Source: a gamma proteobacterium SCGC AAA168-P09 (GTDB taxonomy: Bacteria > Pseudomonadota > Gammaproteobacteria > Magnimaribacterales > D2472). Taken from it: a stretch of 64,000 nt of DNA. This document shows positions 1 to 9,650 of this stretch, piece after piece; within the stretch, counting starts at the first letter, position 1, and each line of letters begins with the position of its first letter. A program made the translations under genes and the position numbers. The notes beneath the pieces are model-generated. The model was not told the DNA's origin, ran no database searches, and worked only from the letters and a program-made list of their open reading frames with translations. The stretch lies in assembly GCA_000385055.1 (NCBI GenBank), contig ARRL01000002.1:90242-154241 (forward strand). The letters run 5' to 3'.

Positions 1-1
1 A

Positions 2-148
2 TCATCTGGTAATACTTTTTTTGAAAATGTTAGAAAGGGTTATTTAGAGCTAAGTAAGAATAATGAAAGAATTAAGCTTCTAGATGCAAAAAAACAAATA
101 GGTGATCTGCATCAAGAAATTGTAATCTTAGTTGAAAAGTACTTATGA
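2..148 (+). CDS. tmk: thymidylate kinase, C-terminal fragment (gene begins upstream of the window)
   Basis: Frame 2 is open from the window edge to TGA at 146-148, which overlaps the holB ATG (ATGA). The peptide ...FFENVRKGYLELSKNNERIKLLDA... resembles dTMP kinase C-termini. tmk-holB adjacency is the common bacterial arrangement. Confidence 0.5.
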   Translation, partial: SSGNTFFENVRKGYLELSKNNERIKLLDAKKQIGDLHQEIVILVEKYL

Positions 149-1128
149 AATTCGAAAAATGTGATTGGCTAGTTGATTCTTTTAACTCTTTAAATTTCAA
201 AAACCTTGCTCATGGAATAATTATTAATGGACCAAAAGGCGTCGGAAAAAAACTACTTGCAAAAAAAATATCTGAAAAAATAATTTCAAACTTTCAAGAA
301 AATTTAAGAGATGATTTTCAAAATCTTATCGATAAAAATAATCATCCTGATCTTTATCTTTTAGATAAAGATAAGTATCTGCTCAAAGATATAAGGAGAC
401 AAAAAAAAGATGCTACAAATTGGGATGAAGAAAAAGGTTTTAATGATGTCGTCTCTTTTTTAACTCTCACACCGTCAATCTCTAAAAACAAAGTAGTATG
501 TATGGTTAATGCAGATTCTATGAATAATATTGCTCAAAATGCTTTACTTAAATCATTAGAGGAGCCAGCTCCTTTTTCTTACATCATTATGACAACAAGT
601 CGTTCAAAGGCCTTAAGTCAAACTATTTATAGCAGATGTCAGGTTGTAAATATCCCATTTATTGGAACAAATAAGATTGATGCCTGGTTAATGGAAAACG
701 GTGTAACAGATTACACTTCAAACGATTTCCCAAGTTTCGCAACACCTTTTTCAATATTGGATGATATTCAAAGCAATAATCAGAATTGCTATAAAGAATT
801 TGTTTCAATTTTAGTAGATTTTATTTCATTAAAAATAGATCAAAATCAAGCAATTAAATTACTAAATGATCTTGATATCAGCCTTATCTTAAAAATGAAT
901 TATTTTGTTGAATTTTATAAAATAATACTCAAAGCCAGGATAATGAACGAAGATTTAAGTGGTGTCTATAAAGTTTTTAATTCAAGGAGTTTTAATAAAT
1001 TAAAAATTTCTAATTTAATAAATGATATTAATAATCTAAGGCATGACTTATACGATGTAACATCTATCAATGAAACACATGTTTTAAATTATTTCTTTAG
1101 TGAATTAAAACTATCTATTAAACAATAG
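145..1128 (+). CDS. holB: DNA polymerase III delta-prime subunit
   Basis: 327 aa. Has the degenerate P-loop GPKGVGKK, HPDLYLL, NALLKSLEEP and the SRC motif typical of clamp-loader delta-prime. Follows tmk. Confidence 0.8.
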   Translation: MKFEKCDWLVDSFNSLNFKNLAHGIIINGPKGVGKKLLAKKISEKIISNFQENLRDDFQNLIDKNNHPDLYLLDKDKYLLKDIRRQKKDATNWDEEKGFNDVVSFLTLTPSISKNKVVCMVNADSMNNIAQNALLKSLEEPAPFSYIIMTTSRSKALSQTIYSRCQVVNIPFIGTNKIDAWLMENGVTDYTSNDFPSFATPFSILDDIQSNNQNCYKEFVSILVDFISLKIDQNQAIKLLNDLDISLILKMNYFVEFYKIILKARIMNEDLSGVYKVFNSRSFNKLKISNLINDINNLRHDLYDVTSINETHVLNYFFSELKLSIKQ

Positions 1129-1885
1129 TTGTACCACCATCAATGACTATTGTTTGGCCGTTAATATAGCTTCCAGCAGAGGATGCAAGCATAATAGCTG
1201 CTCCTGCAATTTCATCAGGCTCACCAATTCTTTTCATTGGATTTGTTTGGAGAACCGCTTTTAATATATCAGGATTTTCCCATAAGCCTTTTGCAAAATC
1301 AGTTCTTACTAAACCGGGTGCTATAGAATTCGCTCTGATGTTTTTATTACCAAATTCTGCAGCGATATTTTTAACAATCATCACATCAGCAGCCTTGCTT
1401 ATATTATAGGCACCTAGAAGAGAACTTCCTTTGATAGCTGCAATACTAGATATGATTATTATCGAGCCATCCTCCTTTTCAATCATATATGGCAGACATA
1501 AATTGCATAATAGTTGATTTGATCTAATGTTGTTATGCATTACTTTATCAAATTGTTCGATATCCATATCAAGCATTGAGCCCATAAAGGTATTAGTAGC
1601 AGCATTACAAATTAAGGTATCTATTCCACCCAAGATATTTAAGGTTTCTGTAACTAAGTTTTTAAGTTGATCATCATCTGCAATATTGCACGCAATAGGA
1701 AATGCAACTTCTTTACCTATATCATCATTAATTTCTTTTGCAGTTTCTTTGCAAGCATCTATTTTTCTTGATGATATAATCACCTGAGCACCCATTAGCG
1801 CAGATTGATGAGCTATGGACTTGCCTATGCCTTTAGAACTACCGGTAATTAGGATTGATTTATTTTTAAGACTAAATAATGACAT
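1118..1885 (-). CDS. short-chain dehydrogenase/reductase (SDR) family oxidoreductase
   Basis: 255 aa. Has the TGSSKGIGKS cofactor motif, NAA, and the S...YNISK (YxxxK) catalytic motif. Confidence 0.8.
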   Translation of the reverse strand: MSLFSLKNKSILITGSSKGIGKSIAHQSALMGAQVIISSRKIDACKETAKEINDDIGKEVAFPIACNIADDDQLKNLVTETLNILGGIDTLICNAATNTFMGSMLDMDIEQFDKVMHNNIRSNQLLCNLCLPYMIEKEDGSIIIISSIAAIKGSSLLGAYNISKAADVMIVKNIAAEFGNKNIRANSIAPGLVRTDFAKGLWENPDILKAVLQTNPMKRIGEPDEIAGAAIMLASSAGSYINGQTIVIDGGTTIV

Positions 1886-1923
1886 TTTGATTATAATGAT
1901 TTAACAATACAAGGAATATTATC

Positions 1924-2154
1924 ATGATGATTGAAATATACGGAAAAACATTTTGTCCATATTGCGATAAAGCAAAAGCTCTGTGCGAAAGACAGGGGTA
2001 TAAATATTCTTATAAAGAGCTGGATAATGATTTCTCTAGAGATGAGTTTTTTAATATTTTTCCAACAGCTAGAACCTTTCCACAAATTAAAATTGATGGA
2101 ACTGATATTGGTGGATATACAGAGTTAGAAGCCTGGTCAGAAAATAAGGAATAA
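1924..2154 (+). CDS. glutaredoxin
   Basis: 76 aa with a CPYC active site (KTFCPYCDKAK) and a TFPQIKIDG..IGG tail. Confidence 0.85.
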   Translation: MMIEIYGKTFCPYCDKAKALCERQGYKYSYKELDNDFSRDEFFNIFPTARTFPQIKIDGTDIGGYTELEAWSENKE

Positions 2155-2156
2155 CA

Positions 2157-3827
2157 ATGACACAATTTAATGATTTTTTATTACTTCTTGATAGTAACTT
2201 AAGTGGATCTTGGTGGTTTCCAATCTTACTGGTTGGAACCGGAATATTTTTTACTATTTATCTTGGTTTTCCCCAATTTAGATTTTTTGGTAAAGCATGG
2301 AAATTAGTATCAGGTAAAAATAATAAATCAGATGAAGAGGGCGAAACTACTGGATTTGAAGCCCTAACAACTGCAATGTCTGGTGCGGTCGGTACTGGTA
2401 ATATTGGTGGAGTAGCACTTGCAATATGGACTGGAGGCCCTGCGGCAATATTCTGGATGTGGATAACAGCAATATTTGGAATGACAACAAAATTTGTTGA
2501 AGTTACTATGGGCCATAAATATAGAACTAAGCTTGAAGATGGCTCTATATCAGGTGGGCCCATGTATTACATAGAACATGCTTTAAATATGAAATGGGCT
2601 GGAATCCTTTTTGCATTTTTAATGATGATTACTGCAATTGGCTCAGGAAATATGCCACAAATCAATAACATAGCGCTTGTAATGAATACAGAGTTCTCTG
2701 TTCCAAAAATATTTACAGGACTATTTCTAGGTGCTTTGCTTTGGATAATTATAATTGGAGGTATAAAAAGAATAGCCTCTGTTGCTAGTAAGATCATTCC
2801 TATAATGGGTTTAATTTATTTAGGCGGAGCATTAATTATTCTCTTAGAAAATTATCAAAATATTATTCCCTCATTTAACGCTATTTTTGCTCAAGTATTT
2901 ACTGGGTCTGCTGCAGTAGGTGGTTTTTTAGGAGCTAGTTTTGCGATGAGTTTAAAATATGGTGTTGCAAGAGGTCTTTACTCAAATGAAGCTGGACAAG
3001 GTTCTTCCCCAATAGCTCATGCATCATCAAAGAATACTTCAATTGATCAGGGCGTAGTATCAATATTAGAACCATTTATTGATACTATTGTTGTTTGTAG
3101 CGTAACTGCACTTGTTATTTTATCAAGCGGTGTTTGGACTGAAAAATTTGATACCACTTTTTCAAAAACAGACATGGTTATTCTTGATGGTATATATAGC
3201 GATAAAGAAAATATTGATGGCAATTATCTTTACCCAGATCATATGAATGAGTTAACAAAATATGTTCAATATATAGATTCAGACGTTGACGAATATTCAG
3301 GAGTTTTAGAAATTCGAGATGGAACATTAATTACTTCTGACATCACAGTGCTTCATTCAAGATCAATTGCTGAGAATGTAATTGTTACTGATAAAGAAGA
3401 TAAAAGTTTATACACAGGATTTTTAAATGTTGAAAACGGTAAGGTTCAAGATGCTGTTACTTTTCAGGGTAAATCACTGGTAAGTTCTTCTGAGCTTACA
3501 GCTAAAGCTTTTTCACAAGGCATCTTCGGACAATTTGGTGGTAAATTAGTTGCAATAGCATTACTTTTATTTGCTTTTTCTACAGCAATAACCTGGTGTT
3601 ATTACGGTGATAGGTCTACTGCATATATCTTTGGAGAAAGGGGTGTTTTTTGGTATAGAAATTTTTATGTTTTATGCTTTATTCTAGCTGCAGTAATTGA
3701 TACCACAATCGTTTGGAATATAGCTTATGTTGTTGTTGCGCTTGTTTCTATTCCAAACTTGATAGCTCTTTTTGTTTTAAGAAATGAAATGAAAGATCTT
3801 ACTAAAGAATTTATAAGTAAATACTAA
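2157..3827 (+). CDS. alanine/glycine:sodium symporter (AGCS family) with a large extra loop
   Basis: 556 aa and multi-TM. Has the AGCS hallmark MSGAVGTGNIGGVALAI plus YSNEAGQGSSPIAHA. It is about 100 aa longer than the typical family members I recall. Confidence 0.8.
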   Translation: MTQFNDFLLLLDSNLSGSWWFPILLVGTGIFFTIYLGFPQFRFFGKAWKLVSGKNNKSDEEGETTGFEALTTAMSGAVGTGNIGGVALAIWTGGPAAIFWMWITAIFGMTTKFVEVTMGHKYRTKLEDGSISGGPMYYIEHALNMKWAGILFAFLMMITAIGSGNMPQINNIALVMNTEFSVPKIFTGLFLGALLWIIIIGGIKRIASVASKIIPIMGLIYLGGALIILLENYQNIIPSFNAIFAQVFTGSAAVGGFLGASFAMSLKYGVARGLYSNEAGQGSSPIAHASSKNTSIDQGVVSILEPFIDTIVVCSVTALVILSSGVWTEKFDTTFSKTDMVILDGIYSDKENIDGNYLYPDHMNELTKYVQYIDSDVDEYSGVLEIRDGTLITSDITVLHSRSIAENVIVTDKEDKSLYTGFLNVENGKVQDAVTFQGKSLVSSSELTAKAFSQGIFGQFGGKLVAIALLLFAFSTAITWCYYGDRSTAYIFGERGVFWYRNFYVLCFILAAVIDTTIVWNIAYVVVALVSIPNLIALFVLRNEMKDLTKEFISKY

Positions 3828-3857
3828 TAAATTTGATGACATTATCAATAATAGGAA

Positions 3858-5138
3858 ATGTATAAAAATATTATTTTTACAATTTCGCTATTCATTATTG
3901 TCTCTTGTGGCGGAGGTGGTGGTAGTTCACCATCAGAGATACCATCTATTTTTAATCCTGTAATTAAAAGCTTTTCTTCATCATCGACCTCTATTTCATT
4001 GGGGAGTCCAATAGATTTAGTCTGGACAACAACCAATGCCATTGAATGCTCAGGAAGTGGAGATTGGGAGGGAATTAAATCAATACCCTCAGGTTCTGAA
4101 ACACTAACCCTGTTAGAGTCTAAAACTTATATATTTATATTAACCTGTTCTGGCGAAAATAGTGCTTTGACAGTACAAGATTCTATTACTATAGATGTAT
4201 CAAATAATGGAGCATACTCATCGCAATGCAAGACCCCCAATAATGATTCAGACGAGTATTGGTTAGAAGATTTTAATAACCTCATTCTAGACTCTGACAT
4301 ATTTAGCTATCAAGTTGGAAATGGATTTTTTGCAGGAAATCAATGGATTGGTGGGTGGGGTAATAACGAACCACAATATTATACTGGTTCAGGAAGTGGT
4401 GATAATGGTAATTATGCAAAACATTATAATTCAACAAATAACACTACTGAAAATCTATTTATAGAGAATGGTTATCTAAAAATTCAACCAATATATGACA
4501 ACAATGATCCCTTTATTGACCCATATAATGGGACAACTCAATTTCAACATACTTCAGCAAGATTAATAACATCTGGTAAAAAAAATTTTCAACACCCGTC
4601 AAAACTAACAGTATGTTTTAAAGTTCCAGATGGCACAGGCTTTTGGCCAGCTATATGGATGCTCCCTCAAGGCTTTATTGAGAATAATAAAGTTTGGCCA
4701 GATGATGGTGAAATAGATCTTATGGAAGCAAGGGGCAGATTATCACAGGTAATAGGCTCCGCTATTCACTTTAAAGCAAACTGGGGCTCACATTCATTTC
4801 TCTCAACAGAGGCACATGTAGATATGGGAAATAATTTTCAGGATGTATTTCATTCAGTCACTTTTGAATGGAGAGAAAATTCTATAAAAATGTTTCTTGA
4901 TGATTCAAATGAGCCTTTTTATGAAGAGAGTTCTGAGTCAAGCCCACTGGTAGGAACTTATTATCCCTTCAATGAACCCTTTTATTTACTATTAAATGTC
5001 GCCTCTGGTGGTAATTTTGATAGTGCGCATGAAACAAATACAGAAATGTTTTGCCATAATAAAGATTGTTCAAACCTATCTATACCTGATAAAGGCAGAT
5101 TTTTAATTGATTACATAGAGTATAAATCTATCGACTAG
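3858..5138 (+). CDS. lipoprotein with N-terminal beta-sandwich-like domain and GH16 glycoside hydrolase (laminarinase-like) domain
   Basis: Lipobox IVSC followed by GGGGGS. GH16 catalytic motif E-I-D-L-M-E (GEIDLMEARG), WPAIWMLP, and a LLLNVASGG C-terminal strand. Confidence 0.75.
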   Translation: MYKNIIFTISLFIIVSCGGGGGSSPSEIPSIFNPVIKSFSSSSTSISLGSPIDLVWTTTNAIECSGSGDWEGIKSIPSGSETLTLLESKTYIFILTCSGENSALTVQDSITIDVSNNGAYSSQCKTPNNDSDEYWLEDFNNLILDSDIFSYQVGNGFFAGNQWIGGWGNNEPQYYTGSGSGDNGNYAKHYNSTNNTTENLFIENGYLKIQPIYDNNDPFIDPYNGTTQFQHTSARLITSGKKNFQHPSKLTVCFKVPDGTGFWPAIWMLPQGFIENNKVWPDDGEIDLMEARGRLSQVIGSAIHFKANWGSHSFLSTEAHVDMGNNFQDVFHSVTFEWRENSIKMFLDDSNEPFYEESSESSPLVGTYYPFNEPFYLLLNVASGGNFDSAHETNTEMFCHNKDCSNLSIPDKGRFLIDYIEYKSID

Positions 5139-5730
5139 TATTTCGTTTCTTTAACTCTAGCATTACGTCGTTAACAGACAAGCCTTGAGATTTTAATAGT
5201 ACTAATAAATGGAAAAATAGATCAGCTGACTCTTCAACCAATCTACCATCATCAGTTACAGCTGCAATCGCAGTCTCTCCTGCTTCTTCAGCTACTTTTT
5301 TTGATATTTCCTTAACTCCTTTATTTAAAAGAGATTTGATATATGAATCTGAATTATTATCTTCCATTCTTCTGTCAACAATCTTTTCTAAGACATCTAT
5401 CATATGAAGTGGGTTCCTAGTTTCATTTTCAAAACATGAATAATTTTCTTTATGACATGTTGGTCCTAGAGGAGTTGCTTTAATTAATAAAGTGTCATTA
5501 TCACAATCTAATTCAATTGATTTAACTACTAGTTTATTGCCAGAAGTTTCTCCTTTTGTCCAAAGTTTTTGTTTAGATCTGCTAAAAAAAGTAACTTCAT
5601 TTGTTTTGATTGTTATTTCAAGAGATTTACTGTTCATATAACCAATCATCAAAACATTCATTGAGGAATCATCTTGAATCACTGCTGGTGTAAGACCTTT
5701 GCTATCCCACTTAACATTATTTATTTCCAT
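5128..5730 (-). CDS. hisI: bifunctional phosphoribosyl-AMP cyclohydrolase / phosphoribosyl-ATP pyrophosphatase
   Basis: 200 aa. The N-terminal half has HisI-type motifs (GLTPAVIQD, FFSRSKQKLWTKGETSGN, C..D). The C-terminal half is HisE-like (EEAGETAIA..ESADLFFHLLVLL). Confidence 0.9.
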   Translation of the reverse strand: MEINNVKWDSKGLTPAVIQDDSSMNVLMIGYMNSKSLEITIKTNEVTFFSRSKQKLWTKGETSGNKLVVKSIELDCDNDTLLIKATPLGPTCHKENYSCFENETRNPLHMIDVLEKIVDRRMEDNNSDSYIKSLLNKGVKEISKKVAEEAGETAIAAVTDDGRLVEESADLFFHLLVLLKSQGLSVNDVMLELKKRNTSR

Positions 5731-5732
5731 AC

Positions 5733-6500
5733 TTATTTCCTGATATTAATTAACTCTTTTTTTAGATATTTTTTTAAGTCGTTGATATTTATTAGATTTT
5801 TATGAAACACACTTGCAGCTAATGCTCCACTAGAATCAGTTTTTCTGAAAACATCACTGAAGTGAATCTCATTGCCAGCTCCTCCAGATGCTATTAATGG
5901 AACGTCACAATTAACTAACATTATATTTAGCTGATCAATATCATATCCATTTCTAACTCCGTCCTGATTCATACAATTCAATACAATTTCACCTGCCCCT
6001 AGTTCTTGAACAGTATCTATCCAATTTTTTGTTTCTAACTTTGTATTTGTTATGGTTTTTTCATCACCAGTGTGAGAAAAAACAATATATTTATCACCAA
6101 CAGTCTTTGAATCTATTCCAACTACTACACATTGACTACCAAATTCATCAGCAAGTTCTTTAATAAGCTCAGGTCTTTTAATAGCTGGGCTGTTAATTGA
6201 TATTTTATCTGCTCCTGAATTTAAAATTTCCCTTGCATCATTTACAGTTTTTATACCGCCAGCAACACAGAAAGGTATATTTATAACTTCAGCAATTAAA
6301 TTTACCCACTGTTTTGAAACAATTCCGTTATAGGTACTAGCACCAATATCATAAAAAACTAATTCGTCTGCTCCTTCATTGCTATATTTTTGAGCTAAAT
6401 CTAGAATCGATCCAACAATTTCATGATCTTTAAATTGTACTCCCTTTACAACTAAACCATTCTTAACGTCAAGACATGGAATAATTCTTTTAGTTAACAT
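5733..6500 (-). CDS. hisF: imidazole glycerol phosphate synthase, cyclase subunit
   Basis: 255 aa. [24 protein letters not shown] and ASGGAG motifs. Sits in his operon context. Confidence 0.92.
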   Translation of the reverse strand: MLTKRIIPCLDVKNGLVVKGVQFKDHEIVGSILDLAQKYSNEGADELVFYDIGASTYNGIVSKQWVNLIAEVINIPFCVAGGIKTVNDAREILNSGADKISINSPAIKRPELIKELADEFGSQCVVVGIDSKTVGDKYIVFSHTGDEKTITNTKLETKNWIDTVQELGAGEIVLNCMNQDGVRNGYDIDQLNIMLVNCDVPLIASGGAGNEIHFSDVFRKTDSSGALAASVFHKNLININDLKKYLKKELINIRK

Positions 6501-7209
6501 TTTGAAGTTCTTTTAGTGAGATTTTATTTTCATAAATGGCTTTGCCTACAACACATTCATGACTATCAATTAGATTAAGTTTATTTATATCCTCAATAGA
6601 ACCAATTCCTCCCGAGGCTATTAAATTAAGATTTTTATTTTTTAAGATTTGTTTATAAATATTAATATTTGGTCCTTCAAGAGTTCCATCTAAGGAAATG
6701 TCAGTTGCTAAAATATTTTTAATCCAATTGTTTTCCTCTACGTAATCAAACAAATTGATATTTGTATTTTCTGTCCATCCATGAATTGAAAGTAGGGGAG
6801 AGTTATTAATAATTTTAAAATCTAATCCATAAATTATTTTTTCTATTGCAAAATTATCTCTAAGCTCTTTTTGAAAAATTTTATCTGTAATAGCTGCTGT
6901 GCCAACAATTACTCTATCAACGTTATAAGAAAATAGTCTTTCAATTTTTTTGCTATCTCTTATTCCACCACCTACCTGAAGTTTAATATTTTTAATTTGT
7001 GAAATTTCTTCAATTAATAATAGATTTTCATCACCACCTGACTTAGCGGCGTTTAGATCAATAATATGAATATAGTCAAAGCCAGCTTTTTTAAATTCAT
7101 TGATTTGATCAAGAGGATTATTATTATAATTTGATATCTTTGAGTAATCGCCCTTAAGCAATCTGACACATTTACCATCTAATAGATCTATAGCAGGCAT
7201 TATTTTCAT
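6490..7209 (-). CDS. hisA: ProFAR isomerase
   Basis: 239 aa. Begins [17 protein letters not shown] and has VGGGIR and ASGGIGS. Lies between hisH and hisF. Confidence 0.9.
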   Translation of the reverse strand: MKIMPAIDLLDGKCVRLLKGDYSKISNYNNNPLDQINEFKKAGFDYIHIIDLNAAKSGGDENLLLIEEISQIKNIKLQVGGGIRDSKKIERLFSYNVDRVIVGTAAITDKIFQKELRDNFAIEKIIYGLDFKIINNSPLLSIHGWTENTNINLFDYVEENNWIKNILATDISLDGTLEGPNINIYKQILKNKNLNLIASGGIGSIEDINKLNLIDSHECVVGKAIYENKISLKELQNVN

Positions 7210-7778
7210 ACTAAATTAATAAAATTTTTGATAAATTTTTCACCAATATCTGATGATTTTTCTGGATGAAACTGACACCCTAAAAAATTATCTTTTTTAA
7301 CAATAGAATTAATTTTTTTTCCGTAATAACTATGACCAACAGCATAGTCATCATTATCTGTGTAATAACTATTTGCAAAATAATAATAGCCACCAATATT
7401 ATCTACATTTGTTATCACCTTGTTCCACCCCATTTGAGGAACTTTAATATCTTTATTTGGTTTTAATTTTTTAACAACTCCTTCAATTATACCAAGACAA
7501 TTGGTGTCGTCTTCTTCTGAATAATCAAACAATATTTGCATTCCAATACATATACCAAGTGTTGGTTTAGTCGTTTCTTGTATTAAATTGATTAGATCAT
7601 TTTCTTTTAATTTATTCATAACAACCCCTGCTGTACCGACTCCAGGTAAGATCAAAGCGTCCATTTTCTCAAGCTCAAATAAAGAGTTGCTTATATATGA
7701 CTTAATATTTATTCTTTTAAATGAATAATATATTGAATTTAGATTCGCTCCACCACAGTCAATAATGCCAATCTTCAT
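7206..7778 (-). CDS. hisH: imidazole glycerol phosphate synthase, glutamine amidotransferase subunit
   Basis: 190 aa. Has the class-I GATase triad context (LGICIGMQ, FHPEKS). Confidence 0.9.
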   Translation of the reverse strand: MKIGIIDCGGANLNSIYYSFKRINIKSYISNSLFELEKMDALILPGVGTAGVVMNKLKENDLINLIQETTKPTLGICIGMQILFDYSEEDDTNCLGIIEGVVKKLKPNKDIKVPQMGWNKVITNVDNIGGYYYFANSYYTDNDDYAVGHSYYGKKINSIVKKDNFLGCQFHPEKSSDIGEKFIKNFINLV

Positions 7779-9649
7779 AAGACACCTTTTGTTGAAGCAA
7801 TATTCTTGTTGTTTTCTTTAAGTGCATCGCTTAGCGCACGTGTAAAGCTTTTAAACGTAGCTTCTACAATGTGATGACTGTTTGACCCTTTTGTATCTAT
7901 ATGACAAGTAAAACTTAAAGTATTTACAAATGATATGAAGAAGTGTTCAAACATCTCTGTTGGGAAATCGCCTACATATTCTCTTAGCTTAGATGTTTTC
8001 ATTTTTAATAGATTTCTAGATGCCATATCTATACTTACATTAGAAATAGTCTCATCCATAACTAATGATTGGTTTGATGAATATCTTTCAATATTTTGTC
8101 TATCACCCAATGCTTGTTTAAAAGCATCGCCAAGAGCAATAGCAACATCTTCAATTGTATGATGTTCATCAATTTCAAGATCTCCTATAGAGTTAATTGT
8201 GATATCAAATCGCCCATGTTTAGCAAATTGCTCTAACATGTGATCAAAATATTTAAGACCGGTATTAATATTATAATTACCAGTACCATCAATATTCAGA
8301 TTAATGAAAATACTTGTTTCGTTTGTGGCTCTTTTAATAAAAGATGTTCTTGGTTTTACGATATTATCCTGTTCAGCATATTTCTCTCTAATACTTACTG
8401 CTTTAGCATGCGCATCTAAACATTCAGCCTTAGCAAGAATTTTTATTATTGGAGCTAAATTTACAAAACCTTCTGGAGATGCAGTTTGAAATGTAATAAT
8501 TTTTCCGAAATCTTTCACCGATAGACCAGAATAAGTTTTTGCTGATCTTGCTGTTGGAAGAGTGTGGTTTGAACCAGATGCATAATCACCAAATGATTCT
8601 GGAGAATATTTACCACAAAAAACTGAACCAGCATTATTAATATATGGAACAATTTTTGAAAAATCTTCATCTAAAAGAATTAAATGTTCAGGAGCATTAA
8701 TATTTATAAAATCAATAATTTGTTGGTCGTTAGCTGCGTTAACTAAATAAATATTTTTTTGACTTGATTTTAAAATATTTTGTCGATTCAATGAATTTTT
8801 TTGCAAATCAATTTCTTTAGAAATATTTTTAATTAAAGATTTATTTTTTGAAACAAGAACAGCTTTTGCATCCTTACTATGCTCAAGTTGTGATAATAAA
8901 TCTGAAGCTATTATATCTGTCTTGTTTTCATCATCTGAAACAACATAAACTTCGCTTGGACCTGCCGGCATATCAATTGAAACCTCATTACTTACTAACA
9001 TTTTTGCCAGTGTTACATACTGATTGCCTGGACCAAATATTTTTAAACATTTAGGAATTGATTTTGTTCCATAAGTCATAGCAAATATAGCTTGCGAGCC
9101 ACCAACTTTAAAAATATTCTTTACATTTAGTAAATTTGCTACCCATAATATTGTTGGATCAATCTTTCCATTCTTATCAGGAGGAGTGCAAACAATAATA
9201 TCTTTACAACCAGCAATAATTGCTGGAATTGCTTGCATCAAAAAAGAGCTAAAAAGTGGAGCTGTTCCACCAGGTATATAAAGACCTACAACATCAATGG
9301 GTCTAAACTCAGACCATAATTTAATTCCTTTTGTTGTTTCAATGCTTTTAATTGAAAGACCTTCAAGTTGTTTTTCATGATATTTTTTAATATTTGAGTA
9401 AGCAACTAATATCGCATTTTTAATATCATCATCAAGCAATTTATCAGCTTTCTTAAACTCAGAATTAGTAACTTTGAAATTTTTAAGCGGTCCTTCATTT
9501 AATAACATAGATATTTCTCTAATACCGTCATCACCGTTATCAAGAATTAATGATTTAAACTTTTTTACAGTATTGATATCTTTTATAGGCATTTTAGATT
9601 CTTGAAAATCTAATGTAGGAATATTTTTTGTTAGTTTTATATATTTCAT
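7775..9649 (-). CDS. hisD: fused histidinol dehydrogenase (N-terminal, ~430 aa) and imidazoleglycerol-phosphate dehydratase (C-terminal, ~190 aa)
   Basis: A single 624-codon ORF. HisD motifs: SQLEHS, GDYASGSNHTLPT. After a short linker come IGPD motifs: IDEHHTIEDVAIALG, GSNSHHIVEATFKSFTRAL. Confidence 0.85.
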   Translation of the reverse strand: MKYIKLTKNIPTLDFQESKMPIKDINTVKKFKSLILDNGDDGIREISMLLNEGPLKNFKVTNSEFKKADKLLDDDIKNAILVAYSNIKKYHEKQLEGLSIKSIETTKGIKLWSEFRPIDVVGLYIPGGTAPLFSSFLMQAIPAIIAGCKDIIVCTPPDKNGKIDPTILWVANLLNVKNIFKVGGSQAIFAMTYGTKSIPKCLKIFGPGNQYVTLAKMLVSNEVSIDMPAGPSEVYVVSDDENKTDIIASDLLSQLEHSKDAKAVLVSKNKSLIKNISKEIDLQKNSLNRQNILKSSQKNIYLVNAANDQQIIDFININAPEHLILLDEDFSKIVPYINNAGSVFCGKYSPESFGDYASGSNHTLPTARSAKTYSGLSVKDFGKIITFQTASPEGFVNLAPIIKILAKAECLDAHAKAVSIREKYAEQDNIVKPRTSFIKRATNETSIFINLNIDGTGNYNINTGLKYFDHMLEQFAKHGRFDITINSIGDLEIDEHHTIEDVAIALGDAFKQALGDRQNIERYSSNQSLVMDETISNVSIDMASRNLLKMKTSKLREYVGDFPTEMFEHFFISFVNTLSFTCHIDTKGSNSHHIVEATFKSFTRALSDALKENNKNIASTKGVL

Positions 9650-9650
9650 T

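Noticed and set aside
1891-2128. ORFs of 64 aa (minus) and 65 aa (plus, alternate frame) overlapping the glutaredoxin gene.
   Set aside because: The CPYC glutaredoxin frame explains the region. The alternatives have no recognisable features.
2258-2797. Minus-strand ORFs of 101 aa and 76 aa inside the AGCS transporter gene.
   Set aside because: They are antisense shadow ORFs inside a gene with strong family motifs. Their composition is low-complexity and Pro/Ile-rich, with no RBS or family resemblance.
7935-9054. Four plus-strand ORFs (61-75 aa) inside hisD-IGPD.
   Set aside because: They are antisense to a well-supported his gene, which is typical of AT-rich shadow frames.
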